Source: Syntrophales bacterium
Lineage (GTDB): Bacteria > Desulfobacterota > Syntrophia > Syntrophales > UBA6807
Direction: 5' to 3'
NCBI GenBank assembly: GCA_040767195.1
Contig: JAXGPA010000007.1
Span: 32,001-96,000, forward strand
DNA length: 64,000 bases
This document shows, one piece after another, positions 61,664 through 64,000 of this stretch. Every line of letters starts with the position of its first letter. Positions within the stretch are counted from its first letter, which is position 1. The translations under genes were made by a program, and so were the position numbers. The notes under the pieces were generated by a model that did not search any database, had not been told where the DNA came from, and saw nothing but the letters and a program-made list of their open reading frames with translations.

Positions 61664-62545
61664 TCAGGCCCGCTCCCCCGCCTTTCGGAGCAGGAGCTGC
61701 CAGTCCTCGTTCACCATGTCCTGGATGTGGTCCAGGTCCTCTTCCGTGAGGTGCTGGAACCGGCCCTGGAGGTGGAAGTATTCCTTCACGGGGAACTCCT
61801 TGGGCCGGTAGTTCAGGGTGTACCGGACGCCATCCTCCACCTCGTACAGGGGAAAGATGTTCGTCTGGACGGCCATCCGGGCGATCTTCACGGACATCTC
61901 CGAGGGAATCCGCCACCCCGTGGGACAGGTGGCGTAGATGTGGAGGAAGCGGGATCCCTTGATGTCCCTGGCCTTCTTCACCTTGCGGACCAGATCCTCG
62001 GGAAAGGCGATGTTCGCCGTGGCGGCGTAGGGGATTCGGTGCGCCACCAGCGCCTCGACGATGTTCTTCTTCCGCATTTTCTTCCATTCCCGTCCCGGTG
62101 TCGTGGTCGTCCACGCGCCGTAAGGGGTCGAGGAACTCCGCTGGACCCCCGTGTTCATGTAGGCCTCGTTGTCGTAGCAGACGTAGATGAAGTCTTCGTT
62201 CCGCTCCACGGCGCCGGAGAGGGCCTGGAAGCCGATGTCGAAGGTCCCGCCGTCCCCCGCCCAGGTGACCACCGTGGTTTCCGTGTCGCCCTTGAGGTCC
62301 AGGGCCGCCCGGACGCCCGTCGCCACGGCGCCGCCCGTCTCGAAGGCGCTGTGGATCACCGGGATCTTCAGGGTGGACTGGGGGTAGGGCCCGGCGATGA
62401 CGGACCAGCAGCAGGCGGGAAGGACCATGATCACCCGGTCGCCCAGGGCCTTCAGGAGAAACCGCATGGCCACGGCGGCGCCGCACCCCGGGCAGGCCAC
62501 GTGACCCGAATACATGAATTCCTGATCAAGAACATCAAGTTCCAT
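61664..62545 (-). CDS. porB: Pyruvate/2-oxoacid:ferredoxin oxidoreductase beta subunit
   Basis: ACPGCG, GDGG TPP motif, YDNEAYMNTG, CPTGW. Confidence 0.9.
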   Translation of the reverse strand: MELDVLDQEFMYSGHVACPGCGAAVAMRFLLKALGDRVIMVLPACCWSVIAGPYPQSTLKIPVIHSAFETGGAVATGVRAALDLKGDTETTVVTWAGDGGTFDIGFQALSGAVERNEDFIYVCYDNEAYMNTGVQRSSSTPYGAWTTTTPGREWKKMRKKNIVEALVAHRIPYAATANIAFPEDLVRKVKKARDIKGSRFLHIYATCPTGWRIPSEMSVKIARMAVQTNIFPLYEVEDGVRYTLNYRPKEFPVKEYFHLQGRFQHLTEEDLDHIQDMVNEDWQLLLRKAGERA

Positions 62546-63704
62546 GGGAGACCTCCTGGAGCCCCACCCAGAGGCTGTCCGCCTCGGGGAATTCCCGCTC
62601 TTTCGTTTTTTCGTATATCTCTTTCAGGGTGTCCGTCGTCACGTCCCGCCCGCCGATCCCGGCGATGAAGCCGAAAACGACGGGGCGGTTCCCTTCGTTG
62701 CACAGGGCCGCCCGGATCTCCTGGGCGAAGATGCCGCCCGCCCCGAAGGAGAAATTCCGGTCGATGACGGCGATCTTTTTCGCCCCCTTCAGGCGGCGGC
62801 GGATCTCCTCCGCCGGGAAGGGGCGGAAAAGCCGCAGCTTCAGAAGGCCCGCCTTCTCCCCTTCCTTCCTCAAGTCTTCCACGACCTGGCGGCAGGTGCT
62901 TGTCACCGTTCCCGTCGTCACGAAGACGATGTCGCTGTCCTCGCAGTGGAAAGCCTCCATCGTCCCGTACCGCCTTCCGAAGAGGCTTTCGTACGCGCCT
63001 TCGATTTCCGGGTAAAGGCGGAGGGCTTCCTCCATGGCCTGGGCTATGTTGTGGCGCATTTCCATGTACACGGCGGGCGTGACCAGGGGACCGAAAGCGC
63101 AGGGGTTTTCCGGGTCCGCCTGGAACCTGGGCGCGAAGGGGGGCAGAAACCGGTCGACCTCTTCCTGCTCCGGAACGTCCACCGGCTCGTAGGTGTGGGA
63201 GAGGAAGAAGGCGTCCAGGACGACCATGACGGGCAGGTTCACCGCCTCCCCGAGGCGGTAAGCCTGGATGACCGTGTCCAGGACTTCCTGGCCGCTTTCG
63301 CAGTAGAACTGGATCCATCCCGTGTCCCGCTGGGCGAGGCTGTCCGTCTGGTCGATCCAGATGTTCCATCCCGGGGCGAGGGCCCGGTTCACCTCGGCCA
63401 TGACGATGGGAAGCCTCGCCCCCGACGTCCAGTGGAGAACCTCGTGCATCAGGGCGAGCCCCTGGCCGGAGGTGGCCGTGAAGACCCGGGCGCCGGCGGT
63501 GGCCGACCCGATGAGGGAGGCCAGGGCGGAATGCTCGCTTTCAACCCGGAGAAACCGGGCGTTCATCCGGCCCTGGGCGCAGAGTTCGGACAGGGTCTCG
63601 ACGATGTGGGTCTGGGGGGTGATGGGGTAGGCGGAAATGACGCCGACCCGGGCCAACCGGACCGCTTCCGCCACGGCCTGGCTTCCTTCGAGGACGCGCT
63701 TCAT
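62535..63704 (-). CDS. porA: Pyruvate/2-oxoacid:ferredoxin oxidoreductase alpha subunit
   Basis: [27 protein letters not shown]; start MKRVLEGS. Confidence 0.9.
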   Translation of the reverse strand: MKRVLEGSQAVAEAVRLARVGVISAYPITPQTHIVETLSELCAQGRMNARFLRVESEHSALASLIGSATAGARVFTATSGQGLALMHEVLHWTSGARLPIVMAEVNRALAPGWNIWIDQTDSLAQRDTGWIQFYCESGQEVLDTVIQAYRLGEAVNLPVMVVLDAFFLSHTYEPVDVPEQEEVDRFLPPFAPRFQADPENPCAFGPLVTPAVYMEMRHNIAQAMEEALRLYPEIEGAYESLFGRRYGTMEAFHCEDSDIVFVTTGTVTSTCRQVVEDLRKEGEKAGLLKLRLFRPFPAEEIRRRLKGAKKIAVIDRNFSFGAGGIFAQEIRAALCNEGNRPVVFGFIAGIGGRDVTTDTLKEIYEKTKEREFPEADSLWVGLQEVSHGT

Positions 63705-64000
63705 GGTTTTTCCTCCTCCAGTGTCATGGCGTTCCGGGGACACTCGACGACGCAGAGCCCGCATCCCTTGCAGTAATCGTAATTGATGCGCCGGCCTTCC
63801 GCTCCGTCGCCGCGGATGACCGACATGTCGGGACAGAAGAAAAAGCAGTTGTCGCAATTGTTGCACAGCCCGCAGTTGAAACACCGATCCGCCTCCCGGA
63901 TGGCCATGTTGGCCGAGATCTTCAGATCGATTTCCTCAAATCCGCGGATCCTTTCGTCGGCGAGAAGGCGGGGCTGGGAGATTCTCGGGGCGAGCTGGAA
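63701..64000 (-). CDS. C-terminal part of an FAD/NAD(P) oxidoreductase (GltD-like) with a 2x[4Fe-4S] PorD-like tail; 5' end outside the window
   Basis: ERIRGFEEI...[17 protein letters not shown]...[17 protein letters not shown]; frame open to the window end. Confidence 0.75.
   Translation of the reverse strand, partial: FQLAPRISQPRLLADERIRGFEEIDLKISANMAIREADRCFNCGLCNNCDNCFFFCPDMSVIRGDGAEGRRINYDYCKGCGLCVVECPRNAMTLEEEKP

Overview
GC-rich bacterial chromosomal window. Gene content points to an anaerobic Desulfobacterota/Syntrophales-like organism (inference). In order it holds: a periplasmic cytochrome-b-linked group 1 [NiFe]-hydrogenase operon with maturation genes (hydABC, protease, hypA/C/D/B, truncated hypF); a lytic transglycosylase; a LolA-like/ABC/outer-membrane export module; a secreted triple-repeat protein with a Gly-rich CFI C-terminal tag; rnd; a birA-sodium:solute symporter operon with a BirA operator; a molybdo/tungsto-bisPGD enzyme with an atypical Fe-S motif; surE; gmhA-grpE-dnaK; an ADP-forming acyl-CoA ligase; an Fe3+-type ABC importer; a hidden selenoprotein; an archaeal-like Na+-type A/V-ATPase operon with a long leader; an ArsR/ArsF/ArsG/permease/thioredoxin cluster; eno; and 2-oxoacid:ferredoxin oxidoreductase genes. 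The best hidden signal is the exported UshA-fold protein with an in-frame UGA (CxxU) and a SECIS-like hairpin, clustered with rhodanese-like and MauE/DoxX genes; the ORF track truncates it. No rRNA, tRNA, CRISPR array or transposase was recognised. A short palindromic intergenic repeat occurs in one full and one partial copy. All calls come from reading motifs by eye, not from database searches.
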